A DNA stretch of 64,000 bases from Anaerolineae bacterium (GTDB lineage Bacteria; Chloroflexota; Anaerolineae; B4-G1; DUEL01): assembly GCA_050049355.1 (NCBI GenBank), contig JASFWK010000001.1, positions 13,681 to 77,680 of the forward strand, written 5' to 3'. Positions 20,467 through 30,031 of this stretch are shown one piece after another (position 1 is the stretch's first letter; every line of letters starts with the position of its first letter). The notes under the pieces are model-generated. The model made no database searches. It saw only the letters and a list, made by a program, of their open reading frames with translations, and had not been told where the DNA came from. The position numbers were made by a program, and so were the translations under genes.

Positions 20467-21996
20467 GTGACTGAGGTCATCCACCTGGAGGAAGGCGACG
20501 ATTTGCCTGTGCTGCGCGACCGGCTGCGTCGCGCGCAGGCAAAGCGCGTCATTCTTCATCTCTCCTGGGATTGCTCCCCCTTCTCTCGCCTGCTCGACTA
20601 CGAACTGCTCCAGCGAGAGGCCGAGCGGCTGGGCCTGGAGGTGGCCTTCGTTAGCCCCGACCCCGACAGGCGCGGTCTCGTTCGCCAGGCGGGCTTTGGT
20701 GCCTTCTCCACTATGGCTGAGGCAGAGGCAGAGTCTTCCTGGCCTCGCCCGGCGCGCGAGAAGATCGAATCGCCTCCTACACCCTTTTGGGAGTGGGAGG
20801 AGAAGACTTCCCTCCAGCCGCCTCCGAAGCGTATTCTCCCTCGCTGGATCCATCGCATTCGGCGGGGAGTTCGTGTCTCGGTCTTCTTGGTCACCATCCT
20901 CACGCTTTTGATCTCTGGCTATGTCATCCTTCCCCGGGCCAATGTCACTATCATCCCCACCGGCCAGACGGTGAGTGTGATCGTGCCGGTATCGGCGGGT
21001 AGGGAGATTGAGTTGATAGACACGGCAGAGGGGATCGTGCCCGCCCGTCGCGTGGGAGACTACTTCGAGGGTTCCATCGACGTGGAGACCACCGGCACAA
21101 CTGCACGCCAGAGCGGTCGGGCCAGCGGAACTGTTCTGTTTACCAATCTGCTGGCACAGGAGGTGGTCGTGCCGGCCAGAACGGTGGTGCGCACCTCGGC
21201 GGGCGGCTTCCCCATTCGGTTTGCCACCACACAGGCGGTGACGGTGCCCCCGCTCGGACAGGCCCCCGCCCCTGTTGAGGCGTTGAGCGAAGGACCGGTG
21301 GGCAACGTGGGGACCAATCAAATCAACCGGGTCGAGGGGGTCGCCTCTCTGGCCCTGCGGGTGACCAACCCGGAGCCGATCACTGGGGGCTCTGCCCAGG
21401 AGGTGCAAGCCGTCTCCCAGGAGGACATGGACCGAGCGCGGGAGTTGCTGACCGCTCAGTTGCTGGATCGAGCACACGGGGAATTGCAGGTCTACCTGGA
21501 GTCGACGGAATTCATCCCTCGACAGTCGCTGACGGTACAGGCTGCCGAGACCGCATACGATCGCTTCCTGACCGAGCAGGCCGACACGCTGGGGCTTCAC
21601 ATGCGCTTGCTGATCACCGGCCTGGCGGTGGATCGGGACAACGCTGAGGCTGTGGCGTACGCGAGGTTGGCCCGCAGTCTCCCCTCAGGCTACGAGCTGG
21701 TAGGAGCCGACTTCGAGCTCGGTGAGATGGCGGAGGAGCCCATTGGCTCGGGCGATTTGGCTTTCTTTGTGACTGCCAGGGGCTACGCCGCCGCCCACCT
21801 GGAGCCGCAAGTGGTGCGGCGGGTGGTTCTGGGAAAGCCCGTGAGCAGGGCTGCGGAGCGGCTTGATGCGGAGCTCCCGCTGGCGGAATCTCCTCAGATC
21901 GAGGTCTGGCCGGAGTGGTTCCCCTGGATGCCGGTGCTCCCTATGCGCATCAGTGTGGACGTGATCCCGCAGGAGCACGGCGCAGGTGATGGATGA
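20467..21996 (+). CDS. Single-pass membrane protein of unknown function, between alaS and ruvX
   Basis: 509 aa; TM at ~aa 130-150, large extracytoplasmic domain. A weak baseplate-J-like GG..E motif (ITGGSAQEVQAV) is not reliable. Confidence 0.6.
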   Translation: MTEVIHLEEGDDLPVLRDRLRRAQAKRVILHLSWDCSPFSRLLDYELLQREAERLGLEVAFVSPDPDRRGLVRQAGFGAFSTMAEAEAESSWPRPAREKIESPPTPFWEWEEKTSLQPPPKRILPRWIHRIRRGVRVSVFLVTILTLLISGYVILPRANVTIIPTGQTVSVIVPVSAGREIELIDTAEGIVPARRVGDYFEGSIDVETTGTTARQSGRASGTVLFTNLLAQEVVVPARTVVRTSAGGFPIRFATTQAVTVPPLGQAPAPVEALSEGPVGNVGTNQINRVEGVASLALRVTNPEPITGGSAQEVQAVSQEDMDRARELLTAQLLDRAHGELQVYLESTEFIPRQSLTVQAAETAYDRFLTEQADTLGLHMRLLITGLAVDRDNAEAVAYARLARSLPSGYELVGADFELGEMAEEPIGSGDLAFFVTARGYAAAHLEPQVVRRVVLGKPVSRAAERLDAELPLAESPQIEVWPEWFPWMPVLPMRISVDVIPQEHGAGDG

Positions 21997-22451
21997 TGCG
22001 TGTTCTGGCCCTGGATGTTGGGGAGCGGCGCATAGGCGTTGCCTTGAGCGATCCCTCCGGGACGGTGGCTCGTCCGCTGTGTACGGTCGAGCGTGGCTCG
22101 CGTGCAGAGGACTTCGCGGCCATCGCTGAGTTGGTGGCAGAGCAGGAGGTCGAATTGGTGGTGGTCGGATGGCCCCTGACCTTGCGAGGGGAGTCTGGTC
22201 CACAGGCCCAGCGAGTGGAGGAGTATGCCCGAGCGCTGGATGAAGCCCTGCCGGTGCCGCTGCGGATGTGGGACGAACGGTACAGTACCCTGTCGGCCGA
22301 GGAGATCATGCGCCGATTCCGCGAGGGAGGAAGGCGGCGCAGCCGAGGCGGACCAGGGGTAGACGCGGTTGCGGCGGCGGTTATCCTGCAGGCGTTTCTG
22401 GACAGCCAGGTGATGGATCGGGGAAAAGGGAATGGAGAGGGGAGGGGGTAG
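21993..22451 (+). CDS. ruvX: Putative pre-16S rRNA nuclease / Holliday-junction-resolvase-like YqgF
   Basis: RNase H-fold start (LALDVGERRIGVALSD); conserved position after alaS. Confidence 0.85.
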   Translation: MMRVLALDVGERRIGVALSDPSGTVARPLCTVERGSRAEDFAAIAELVAEQEVELVVVGWPLTLRGESGPQAQRVEEYARALDEALPVPLRMWDERYSTLSAEEIMRRFREGGRRRSRGGPGVDAVAAAVILQAFLDSQVMDRGKGNGEGRG

Positions 22452-23630
22452 ATGGGAGACAAGGCCAGACGGATAGCGCGGATCGCCGTGTTCGTGGTGG
22501 CAATGGCGGCGGCGGTGACCATCGTTGCCGGCGTGCTGGGAATCGGCGGCCTGGGAGGTGATGTAAAGCTCTCCCTCTGCAGCCTTACCTCCCCTGAGGA
22601 AGTCTATCTGGATTCCTACCTCGAGATGCACGCCGACGAACTCGAGCAGCCGGTAGGAGATGACGACACACCGCGGAGGTTCGTCATTGAGCCAGGCGAG
22701 ACAGCGGGTCAAGTGGCCGAGCGGCTCCGGCAGGATGGATTGATCTCCGATGCCGAGCTCTTCCGCCGCTACCTTCAGTCCGAGGGGCTGGACGCCGGGC
22801 TGGAGGTGGGCACTTACACGCTGCGGCAGACAATGACCATCCCCGAGATCGCACAGGCTCTCCAGAGCGGGCAAGTTCCCGAGCAGACCCTCACTGTCCT
22901 TGAGGGCTTGCGGCTGGAGGAGGTGACGGCTCAGGTGGCCAGCCAGACCGGCGTCTCCGAGGCGGAGTTTCTGACCCTGGTGACCACTGGATGGCGTGAG
23001 GTCGGTTTGGACACCTATGAGTTCCTCGCCTCTCTCCCACCGACCGCTACGTTGGAGGGGTTCCTCTTTCCAGAGACGTATCGGCTTCCGGAGGAGGCCA
23101 CGGCTCGCGATGTACTGACGCGGATGCTGGAGACCTTCGACGAGCGGGTGACGCCTCAGATGCGCCAGAGCGCCGTTGAGCGTGGGCTGACAGTCTATGA
23201 GATGGTCGCCCTGGCCTCCATTGTCGAGCGAGAGGCAGTGATCGACGAGGAGCGGCCGGTCATCGCGGGCGTCTACTTCAATCGGCTGGAGACCGGCTGG
23301 CTGCTCAACGCCGATCCCACCGTCCAGTATGGCCTCGGCTACGACGAGGGGAGCGGGCGGTGGTGGCGCGAACTCTACTTTGATGAGCTGGGCGTCAGCC
23401 GTTTGGCTGAGGTCGATCACGCCTACAACACCTACCGCTATGTGGGCCTGCCCCCTGGCCCCATCTGCAGCCCTGGGCTGGCCTCCATTGAGGCGGTGGC
23501 GTACCCGGCCGATACCGACTACTTCTATTTCCTGGCCGACTGTACTGCCGACGACGGCAGCCACCTTTTCGCTGTGACCCAGGAGGAGCACAACGCCAAT
23601 TATGCCGCGTGTGGTGGCGAGGCGCCGTAG
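22452..23630 (+). CDS. mltG: Endolytic murein transglycosylase (YceG family)
   Basis: N-terminal TM, YceG-like C-terminal domain; conserved alaS-ruvX-mltG synteny. Confidence 0.85.
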   Translation: MGDKARRIARIAVFVVAMAAAVTIVAGVLGIGGLGGDVKLSLCSLTSPEEVYLDSYLEMHADELEQPVGDDDTPRRFVIEPGETAGQVAERLRQDGLISDAELFRRYLQSEGLDAGLEVGTYTLRQTMTIPEIAQALQSGQVPEQTLTVLEGLRLEEVTAQVASQTGVSEAEFLTLVTTGWREVGLDTYEFLASLPPTATLEGFLFPETYRLPEEATARDVLTRMLETFDERVTPQMRQSAVERGLTVYEMVALASIVEREAVIDEERPVIAGVYFNRLETGWLLNADPTVQYGLGYDEGSGRWWRELYFDELGVSRLAEVDHAYNTYRYVGLPPGPICSPGLASIEAVAYPADTDYFYFLADCTADDGSHLFAVTQEEHNANYAACGGEAP

Positions 23631-24708
23631 CTGCGAGGGAGTGGGAGTGAGGAGCTTAGGACGAAGACTGCTCTCTCTCACAGCCCTTCTTCTCTTGCTT
23701 GGGGCCTGTGAGGTACCCGGCGCGGTCCATCCCACAGTCAAGATCGGGTTGGTGGCGCCCTTCGAGGGGCGCTACCGGTACGTGGGGTACGATCTCTTCC
23801 CGGCGGTGCGGCAGGCGCTGCGCGAGGTCAACGGCGCCGGCGGGGTCGGCAGCTATTACGTCGAGTTGGTGGCCTACGACGACGGCGCAAATCCCGCGAT
23901 GGCGGCAGAGCAAGCGCGGAAGCTGGTGGTGGATCCCGAAGTAGTGGCGGTCATCGGACACTTTCGGGCGCAGACGACGGCCGCAGCCCTACCGATCTAT
24001 GCCCGGGAGGGGCTGCCGCTGGTGGCTGCAGGTGTGCTGGATCTGGCCCCCGTGGCTGGGGAGGGCGTGGTGATCCGCCCGGGGCCGGATGCCGAAGCGG
24101 TGGCGGCTGCCCTGCTGGATCGTGTGGATGGAGCGGCACTGATTGGCGGCAGTGGCCCTCTGGCTCAGGCACTGCGGGAGAGTGGGCAGCTCGCGCCCGT
24201 TGTCTCGCCGGATGACCCGGCTTGGCTGGAGGCGGTGCTGGCGGTCGATCCGCCCGCTGTGATCTGTGACGCCGAGCCCGTGGCCGCCGGCGAAATAGTC
24301 GCTGCGATGCAGGAGGCCGGCTGGGACGGGGAGTTTCTCGGTGGGCCCCAGTTAGCGGCAGCGGATTTCGCCGCCGTGGCCGGTGAGGCCGCACAGGGGA
24401 CGCTGTTCGTCACTCCCTGGCCGCTGCCGGAGGATGTGGAGAGCGGAGCCGAACTGACTGCCTACACCGAGATCTCAGGCGGGACAGAGCCGGGTCCGCT
24501 GGCGCTGCCGGCCTACGAGGCCGCCCGACTGATGGTGGAGGCGCTGAGAGCCGACATCGCGGCCGATGGGACTCCCTCGCGGGCAGGGGTGGCGGCGGCG
24601 CTGGCCTCGCTGGCGGAGGAGCGAGAACTCCGCCAGGGGTACCTCTATTGGTACAGGATTGGGGCGGCCGGAGCGCTGGAGCAGATTGCGCCGCCATCGT
24701 CACCCTGA
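23602..24708 (+). CDS. Periplasmic-binding-protein type I (LivK-like) lipoprotein, ABC transporter substrate-binding. The true start is probably the internal GTG (VRSLGRR...).
   Basis: Lipobox LLLLGAC, then an Ala-rich PBP-I fold sequence. Confidence 0.7.
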   Translation: MPRVVARRRSCEGVGVRSLGRRLLSLTALLLLLGACEVPGAVHPTVKIGLVAPFEGRYRYVGYDLFPAVRQALREVNGAGGVGSYYVELVAYDDGANPAMAAEQARKLVVDPEVVAVIGHFRAQTTAAALPIYAREGLPLVAAGVLDLAPVAGEGVVIRPGPDAEAVAAALLDRVDGAALIGGSGPLAQALRESGQLAPVVSPDDPAWLEAVLAVDPPAVICDAEPVAAGEIVAAMQEAGWDGEFLGGPQLAAADFAAVAGEAAQGTLFVTPWPLPEDVESGAELTAYTEISGGTEPGPLALPAYEAARLMVEALRADIAADGTPSRAGVAAALASLAEERELRQGYLYWYRIGAAGALEQIAPPSSP

Positions 24709-24767
24709 GAGGGAGTTGCGGCCTTGCGAAGGCTCCAAGTCTCCGCAGTGCCAGCCCTACGGCGCGG

Positions 24768-25907
24768 TTACTCCTTCAGGCTGAGGAAGATACTTCGCTC
24801 GGAGGGCTGCCCCTCGTCGGCGGTGAGCATCTCAGCCCAGCGCTGCACGTCCGGCGGACCGGTGTGGGCCTCCAACTCCTCCATGCAGGCCCACATGTCG
24901 GCGGCGCCCTCGGGGAAGACGCAGCGCACGTAGGTCATCACCCCCAACCCCACGTCTTTGCGCAGCTCCTCCATCTCCTCTTGGAGTTGAGTGATATCTC
25001 GCCCCAGTCGCTCCTGCAGTTTCGGGTTCTTGACTCGCTGTTGGACCTTGCGCTTGATCCCCATCTGTGCCTGCTTGAGCACGAGGGCCTGCACCTGTTT
25101 CGCTTCTTTGGGGAATTGCTTGGTGATGGGCTTCAGGATCTCTTCCAGGCTTCCATAGGACTGAGCTGCCCGGACCTCAGCGTCGGTGACCCCAACCTCT
25201 CGATTCAACGTATCCGCAAGCCACGCTCGCTCCTCGCGCAGCCCGAGGAAGATGAAGAGAACGATCAGACCTACGCCCGCCAGGCCGATCCCCATCCCCA
25301 CCAGGGCTCCCAGCGACCCGGTGGCGGAGGTTCTCCAGGCCACCAGGTTGAAGAGGGCATGGATCAGGATGGCCGTGACCCATCCGCCTATCAGGGCCAG
25401 TTGTCGGCCGGACTGTCGCTTGAAGCGGAAGCGTCCCACCGCCGCCCCCACCAGCCCGGCGGCTGTGCCGTGCATCAAGCAGGTCGAAAACGAACGGGTG
25501 AGGGCCAGCGGAACCCCTACACTTGGGTTCTGGCTGATGTAGAGGAAGTTCTCGGTGATGGAGAAGCCGATGCCCGAGGCGAAGCCGTAGATGGCTCCGT
25601 CCACGAAGTAGGTGAACTCGGGCCGACCGGAGACGTAGAAGAGGCAGAGGGATTTGACAATCTCCTCTACCACCGGTGCGACGGCCACGACGAGGAGAAA
25701 CTGGGGATCCAGGGTCAGCGCGCGCGCCAGGCGGGGAGCGACGAAGGAGTTGGTCAGAAGTGCCAGGCCGAACCCGCCGACCGATCCCCAGCCAAAGCAG
25801 ATCAGCACCAGACGGAAGGTGCGCGAGGCGTAGAGGTCGAGTGTATAAATGACGATCAAGAAGAGCGCCGGAATACCGGTGGCGATCAAGAGGGCCAGCA
25901 GAGTCAT
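24768..25907 (-). CDS. prsW: PrsW-family intramembrane glutamic protease
   Basis: Motifs EEIVK, FSITE (FxxxE) and HALFN, with 8 TM segments. Confidence 0.8.
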   Translation of the reverse strand: MTLLALLIATGIPALFLIVIYTLDLYASRTFRLVLICFGWGSVGGFGLALLTNSFVAPRLARALTLDPQFLLVVAVAPVVEEIVKSLCLFYVSGRPEFTYFVDGAIYGFASGIGFSITENFLYISQNPSVGVPLALTRSFSTCLMHGTAAGLVGAAVGRFRFKRQSGRQLALIGGWVTAILIHALFNLVAWRTSATGSLGALVGMGIGLAGVGLIVLFIFLGLREERAWLADTLNREVGVTDAEVRAAQSYGSLEEILKPITKQFPKEAKQVQALVLKQAQMGIKRKVQQRVKNPKLQERLGRDITQLQEEMEELRKDVGLGVMTYVRCVFPEGAADMWACMEELEAHTGPPDVQRWAEMLTADEGQPSERSIFLSLKE

Positions 25908-26128
25908 AGGTCACCTCCCGGTGGAGGGCGGACGTAGAGAGCACGCGTCAATCGGTTGATCGGCTTGCCATGGGGCTGGTCGGGCGCGGGGTGACAGCTT
26001 CAGCAAATAGCGCGGGAGGAAGGTGGTGGCGGTGTGGTGGAAGGCGCCCAGACGGTCGAATAGCTCGGCTGGCAGGAGTGGACCCAGGCCGTGCACCATC
26101 TCAACCCGGTTGGCTTGGCGACCTTCCC

Positions 26129-26464
26129 TCAATCTTCTGTCTTCTCCTCCAATGCAGACCAGATGCCCTGGGGGATCTGGCGCCTGCGCCGACGGGCGAA
26201 GCGGGTCCGATAGATAGTGCCCTCCTCGCGCTCTTCGCGGTGGAGGTATCCCTTCTCAACCAAGGCTTCCAGCATCTGGCGGGCGTTGGCAAGCGGTTCA
26301 TCCAGGTGCTCAGCGGCCGTCTCTGCGGTCAAATCCCCCTCGCGGGTGATGCGGTTCATCAACCGGCGCAGCATCGGAGAGAGGTCGAGCAGGTCGGCAG
26401 GGCTGATCCCTTCTTGCTTCTCCCGTCCTTCGATTTCTTTCTTGATGTGATTAAAGATACCCAT
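26129..26464 (-). CDS. Small winged-helix-like protein (start trimmed to MGIFNHIKK, RBS AGGAGG)
   Basis: 112 aa; last gene of the 4-gene operon; putative wHTH (EALVEKGYLHREE...IYRTRF). Confidence 0.5.
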   Translation of the reverse strand: MGIFNHIKKEIEGREKQEGISPADLLDLSPMLRRLMNRITREGDLTAETAAEHLDEPLANARQMLEALVEKGYLHREEREEGTIYRTRFARRRRRQIPQGIWSALEEKTED

Positions 26465-26477
26465 CGCGCCACACCTC

Positions 26478-26693
26478 CTAGTAGAATTCCGGCATCTCGA
26501 TGGGCTCCGGCTGCGGACGGCATTCGCCGCACCAGAGGACGTTGGAGACCACCACGGCTTTAGGTGTCTCCCGCCCACCCAGGTACATAGCCAGCATCGT
26601 GGGCAAAGTTGTGGTGTGGTGCTCTTTGCATACACCTCGGCCGCAGAACCTGCAGGCGCCAACGGCTGGTTCGCCGCATTCGTAGCAGATCAT
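26478..26693 (-). CDS. Zinc-ribbon protein (DUF2180-like)
   Basis: CYEC...CRFC...CGEC paired CxxC motifs; 71 aa. Confidence 0.55.
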   Translation of the reverse strand: MICYECGEPAVGACRFCGRGVCKEHHTTTLPTMLAMYLGGRETPKAVVVSNVLWCGECRPQPEPIEMPEFY

Positions 26694-26703
26694 CTGACTG
26701 CTC

Positions 26704-27477
26704 CTAGTCCACTGCCTCTACGGCCGTGACGATCTCCAAGATGCCGTTAGAGAAGGGATGGTCGGGGTAGCGCAGGGAGAAGATGTCGGCAGAGGCCATA
26801 CGGGCTACGTCCTCGGATAGGGGGAGAATGGTGGCTACCGGGCATGCGTAGGTCTCTTCGACGTGCTCACGCAGCTCGTCGAGGTCGAAGGAGGAGAGCG
26901 CTTTGTTGACTACCAGGAAGAGGCTAGGAACCTCCAGTTTGCGCGCCACGTCTACCGTCACCGCCGTCCCCTGGAAGTCCTGCTGATCGGGACGCAGGAC
27001 GATGAGCAGGAGGTCGGAGATGGCGATCGAGAGCAGGGTCTCCTCATTCAACCCGGGGTGTGTGTCAATGAAGAGGTAGTCGAGGTCCAGCTTGTTGATG
27101 AGGGCCTGGAATCCGTCGTTGAGCAGGCCCACATCATACCCTTCTCTCAGGACGCGCGCGATTTCCCCCGCACGGAGGCTGGAGGGGATCAGATAGATGC
27201 CGCCGCTCATCAGTACTACCTCGCCCTTGCCGATCTGGGCACCCACATCGTAGGCGGTATCCTCAATCTCGCACTTGCCCCACAGATAGTCATTCAGCGC
27301 CTTATCTATCTTCTGCTCGTCCATTCCGAAGAGAACGTGGATGCCAGGGGACTGGATATCAGTGTCGATGACTCCTACGCGACTTCCCTTGCGGGCGAAC
27401 TGGGATGCGACATTGGCGGTGATGTTGGACTTCCCCGTGCCGCCACGGAAGGAGTGGATAGAGATGATCTTGGACAT
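26704..27477 (-). CDS. MinD/ParA-family P-loop ATPase
   Basis: Deviant Walker A SFRGGTGKS and MinD-like switch regions. Confidence 0.85.
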   Translation of the reverse strand: MSKIISIHSFRGGTGKSNITANVASQFARKGSRVGVIDTDIQSPGIHVLFGMDEQKIDKALNDYLWGKCEIEDTAYDVGAQIGKGEVVLMSGGIYLIPSSLRAGEIARVLREGYDVGLLNDGFQALINKLDLDYLFIDTHPGLNEETLLSIAISDLLLIVLRPDQQDFQGTAVTVDVARKLEVPSLFLVVNKALSSFDLDELREHVEETYACPVATILPLSEDVARMASADIFSLRYPDHPFSNGILEIVTAVEAVD

Positions 27478-27566
27478 AGGCTTCTCTTCTCCTTATGCTG
27501 TTGCCAAGGTGTTCCCTTCATAAGGGGGTCAATGAAGACCAGTGAGGCAAGCGGGCTGAGCCGGGC

Positions 27567-28292
27567 TCACTCCTCGGAGCGGCCCCGCAAGCTTCGTGCT
27601 CGGCGAGCCAGGTGCTGAAAATAGTCGGTTTCGGTGATCTCGGCTACCTGCTCCTGGCGTCTGTGCTCGTCGATTTGAATCTGGAGTTGAGCCACCTCCT
27701 GCCGCAGCTGTTCCTCTCGCTCCTGGACGGCCTTGACCATGCTCTTCACCGCGTCGGCCACGGCGGCCAGCGCCCGATCCGGCGTCTCCTCCGTATCCTG
27801 GATGCTCTTCATCGCCCGGTCGTACTGGCCCTCGGCCACCATCCGAGCCCACCGGCCCAGCCGCTCGACGTAGTCGGTCATATGGCGGGTGCGCTGGCTG
27901 AGCAGGCGAATGACGGCATTGGTCAGCGGGCGGGATGCGTGCACCTGGCTCAAGAAACTCTCTCGACGCAGGCGCCGGAGAACGGTGGGACCGACGGCAG
28001 CCGCACTGGCAGAGCGCGGGTGATCGTCCACCAGGGCCAGTTCGCCAAAGGACTCGCCCGCCGTCAGGGTGTTGAGTGTGAGTTCCTGTCCTTCCTCGTC
28101 GAGGGTGAAGATGCGGATCTGACCCGACTCGATGATGTAGAAGGCATCGCCCGCATCGCCCCGGTGGAATAGGACCTCGCCGTCGGCCAGGCGCATCGTC
28201 GCCATCGCAGCCTGAAGCGACGCAGCCTCCTTGAATATGAGATTTCGTATGAGTGCCGCCTGATCCTTCATCGAAGATTGATGGTACACCAA
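27567..28292 (-). CDS. Cyclic-nucleotide-binding domain protein with a C-terminal coiled coil
   Basis: cNMP-binding cassette (FGELAL...R..A) followed by a long helical tail; no HTH. Confidence 0.8.
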   Translation of the reverse strand: MVYHQSSMKDQAALIRNLIFKEAASLQAAMATMRLADGEVLFHRGDAGDAFYIIESGQIRIFTLDEEGQELTLNTLTAGESFGELALVDDHPRSASAAAVGPTVLRRLRRESFLSQVHASRPLTNAVIRLLSQRTRHMTDYVERLGRWARMVAEGQYDRAMKSIQDTEETPDRALAAVADAVKSMVKAVQEREEQLRQEVAQLQIQIDEHRRQEQVAEITETDYFQHLARRARSLRGRSEE

Positions 28293-28415
28293 GTCCCCTC
28301 TTAGAGCAAATCAAAGAAGCCACACCCGGCGGGGCGCTCCCCACCGCCGGATGTGGCTCTGTGCAAGTCTCAAGCCTTGGGAGGTCTACAGACTCGCCAT
28401 CCTATTCCCAGGAGG

Positions 28416-29375
28416 CTACAGGTTGCCCTTTCGCTCTCCTCGGGAGAGGGACAGACCGACTAAGACCAGCATCAGTCCAATGCCCATCAGAACCAGGCTC
28501 ACAGTCGGTGCGATCCCCTGTCCTCCTCCGTCCGGCAGGAGTGGTTCCCCGGGGGTGGTGGGAGTGACTTCAGCCACCTCAGCTGGTGTCGCGGTGGGCT
28601 CAGATGGGGTCTCCTGTACGACCACAGTCGGTGGGACCGGCGAGCTCGTCGCCGTGGGCGGGATTGGCGTATCCTGCCCCACGATGGTTGCAGTTGCTGG
28701 CGGTGGAGTTTCGGTGGGCGGCACAGGGGTGTCGGTCGGCGGTGCTGTTGTGCTGGTCGGTGGCACGGGTGTGACGGTCGGCGAAGGAGGTGGGCTGGTT
28801 GGTGTAGGCGGGACCGGCGTATCCTGCCCCACGATGGTTGCAGTTGCCGGGGGCGGTGTGTCCGTGGGCGGCGCAGGGGTGTCAGTCGGCGGTGCTGTTG
28901 TGCTGGTTGGCGGCACCGGTGTGTTGGTCGGTGCTGCTGTGTTAGTTGGCGGCACAGGCGTGTCCGTAGGTGGCGCGGGTACTGGTTGGATGAAGAACTC
29001 GGTGTGAGAGATAGCATGGCACTGGGCGCTTTCTTCGCAGTTGCGAGATGCGGTCGCAGAAGCGGATTCGATGCCGTTCACGCAGTACCCGGGCGACTGG
29101 CATCCGTTGGAGGTAAATGTCCATGTCCCTCCGCCGGACTGCGGGGAGCCGGCCTTGACAAGGACCTTACACACTTCATACCCCTCGGGTGCACTGTAGG
29201 TGTAGCTTGGGTCGGCGTTGTTTTCTTCCTTGTACGCCGACTGACACGTCTCCGCACCAGCGGCTCCAAAGATAGCGTGGCGCACCGTAGGCACAGTCAG
29301 AACAGTCCCTACTCCCCCAACCAGCAGTATGGCCAATAATATAATCGGAGCTCTCTGCGTCATCTTGCTCATCAT
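28416..29375 (-). CDS. Exported protein with a 6-Cys N-terminal domain, Pro/Thr linker with 50-aa tandem repeat, and C-terminal TM anchor (LPDGGG-GIG-TM-RGERK)
   Basis: Signal/TM at the N-terminus; Cys-rich domain paralogous to that of 30032..31951; PT repeats; C-terminal hydrophobic segment with a basic tail. Confidence 0.7.
   Translation of the reverse strand: MMSKMTQRAPIILLAILLVGGVGTVLTVPTVRHAIFGAAGAETCQSAYKEENNADPSYTYSAPEGYEVCKVLVKAGSPQSGGGTWTFTSNGCQSPGYCVNGIESASATASRNCEESAQCHAISHTEFFIQPVPAPPTDTPVPPTNTAAPTNTPVPPTSTTAPPTDTPAPPTDTPPPATATIVGQDTPVPPTPTSPPPSPTVTPVPPTSTTAPPTDTPVPPTETPPPATATIVGQDTPIPPTATSSPVPPTVVVQETPSEPTATPAEVAEVTPTTPGEPLLPDGGGQGIAPTVSLVLMGIGLMLVLVGLSLSRGERKGNL
28666..28965. 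repeat. 150-bp tandem duplication (x2) encoding a 50-aa Pro/Thr-rich repeat
   Basis: Unit starts GGCGTATCCTGCCCCACGATGGTTGCAGTTGC at 28666 and again at 28816, with near-identical units. Confidence 0.8.
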
Positions 29376-30031
29376 TCGCCTACCTCCTTCTTGCTTGAGA
29401 CAGTATCTCCCCCTTCTTCATTTCTGTTGATCTTGCGCTATTCCCTCGGCGGGCGGTCTCAATGCCTGGATCGGGTTCGGTTCCCTTCATTACTATAGTC
29501 GTTTGAACAGGGAGAAAGGGGTCGCCGGTTCCGGACCGATGCTTCCGCGCGGCGAGTATTTCTCTCAGCCTCTCCTTGTCTGACCACAGCGGGTTAGCTG
29601 GACAGTGGGGAGGACGTCAATGGGTCAGCGGCTCGCCGCCGGTCGGCCGTATGGCTCTCATCCCTTATCTGGAAAGCCTGTGTCTGAGCAGAGAGTGAGG
29701 CAAACGGGGAAGGAGGCCGGTCACCGGGCGAGTCGTGTGGTTCCCTCTGCTTCTTCTCGATTATAATCAACCTCTGCGCAAATTGCAAGAGGTGAAGCAG
29801 AGTGGGCTCAGCCGGCGAGTTCAATTGATGGAGTGACTATCCCTGGGTATTGGATGATGGCTAGCCAGATGAGGGGGCTCGGCCGGAGATGGTCAATACG
29901 ACTGGCTTGCTTCCTGTGCCTGATGGACTTCGTTGTGCAGCTCAGGAATCGAAGATGCGCCCAGCTGTTTACTCCCCGCTGGGCGCATCTTGAGGCCGCC
30001 TTCAGTCTCTGCCTGGCCGCTCAGTCTCTTG

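Noticed and set aside
20368-21600. 410-aa ORF antisense to the alaS-downstream gene; similar long antisense ORFs at 21894-23741, 24648-25937, 33721-34713 and 49811-51070
   Set aside because: These are typical high-GC shadow ORFs: Arg/Pro/Gly-rich low-complexity translations opposite or overlapping genes that have clear domain signatures.
20467-21996. Phage baseplate-J domain in the 509-aa membrane protein
   Set aside because: Only a short GG..E...R motif resemblance; no other phage genes are nearby and the synteny is the housekeeping alaS-ruvX-mltG block.
29376-30031. ECF-type promoter (GGAAC-N16/17-CGTC) upstream of the exoprotein genes
   Set aside because: GGAACC and GAGAC elements occur upstream of both paralogs, but with inconsistent spacing, so no confident promoter call.
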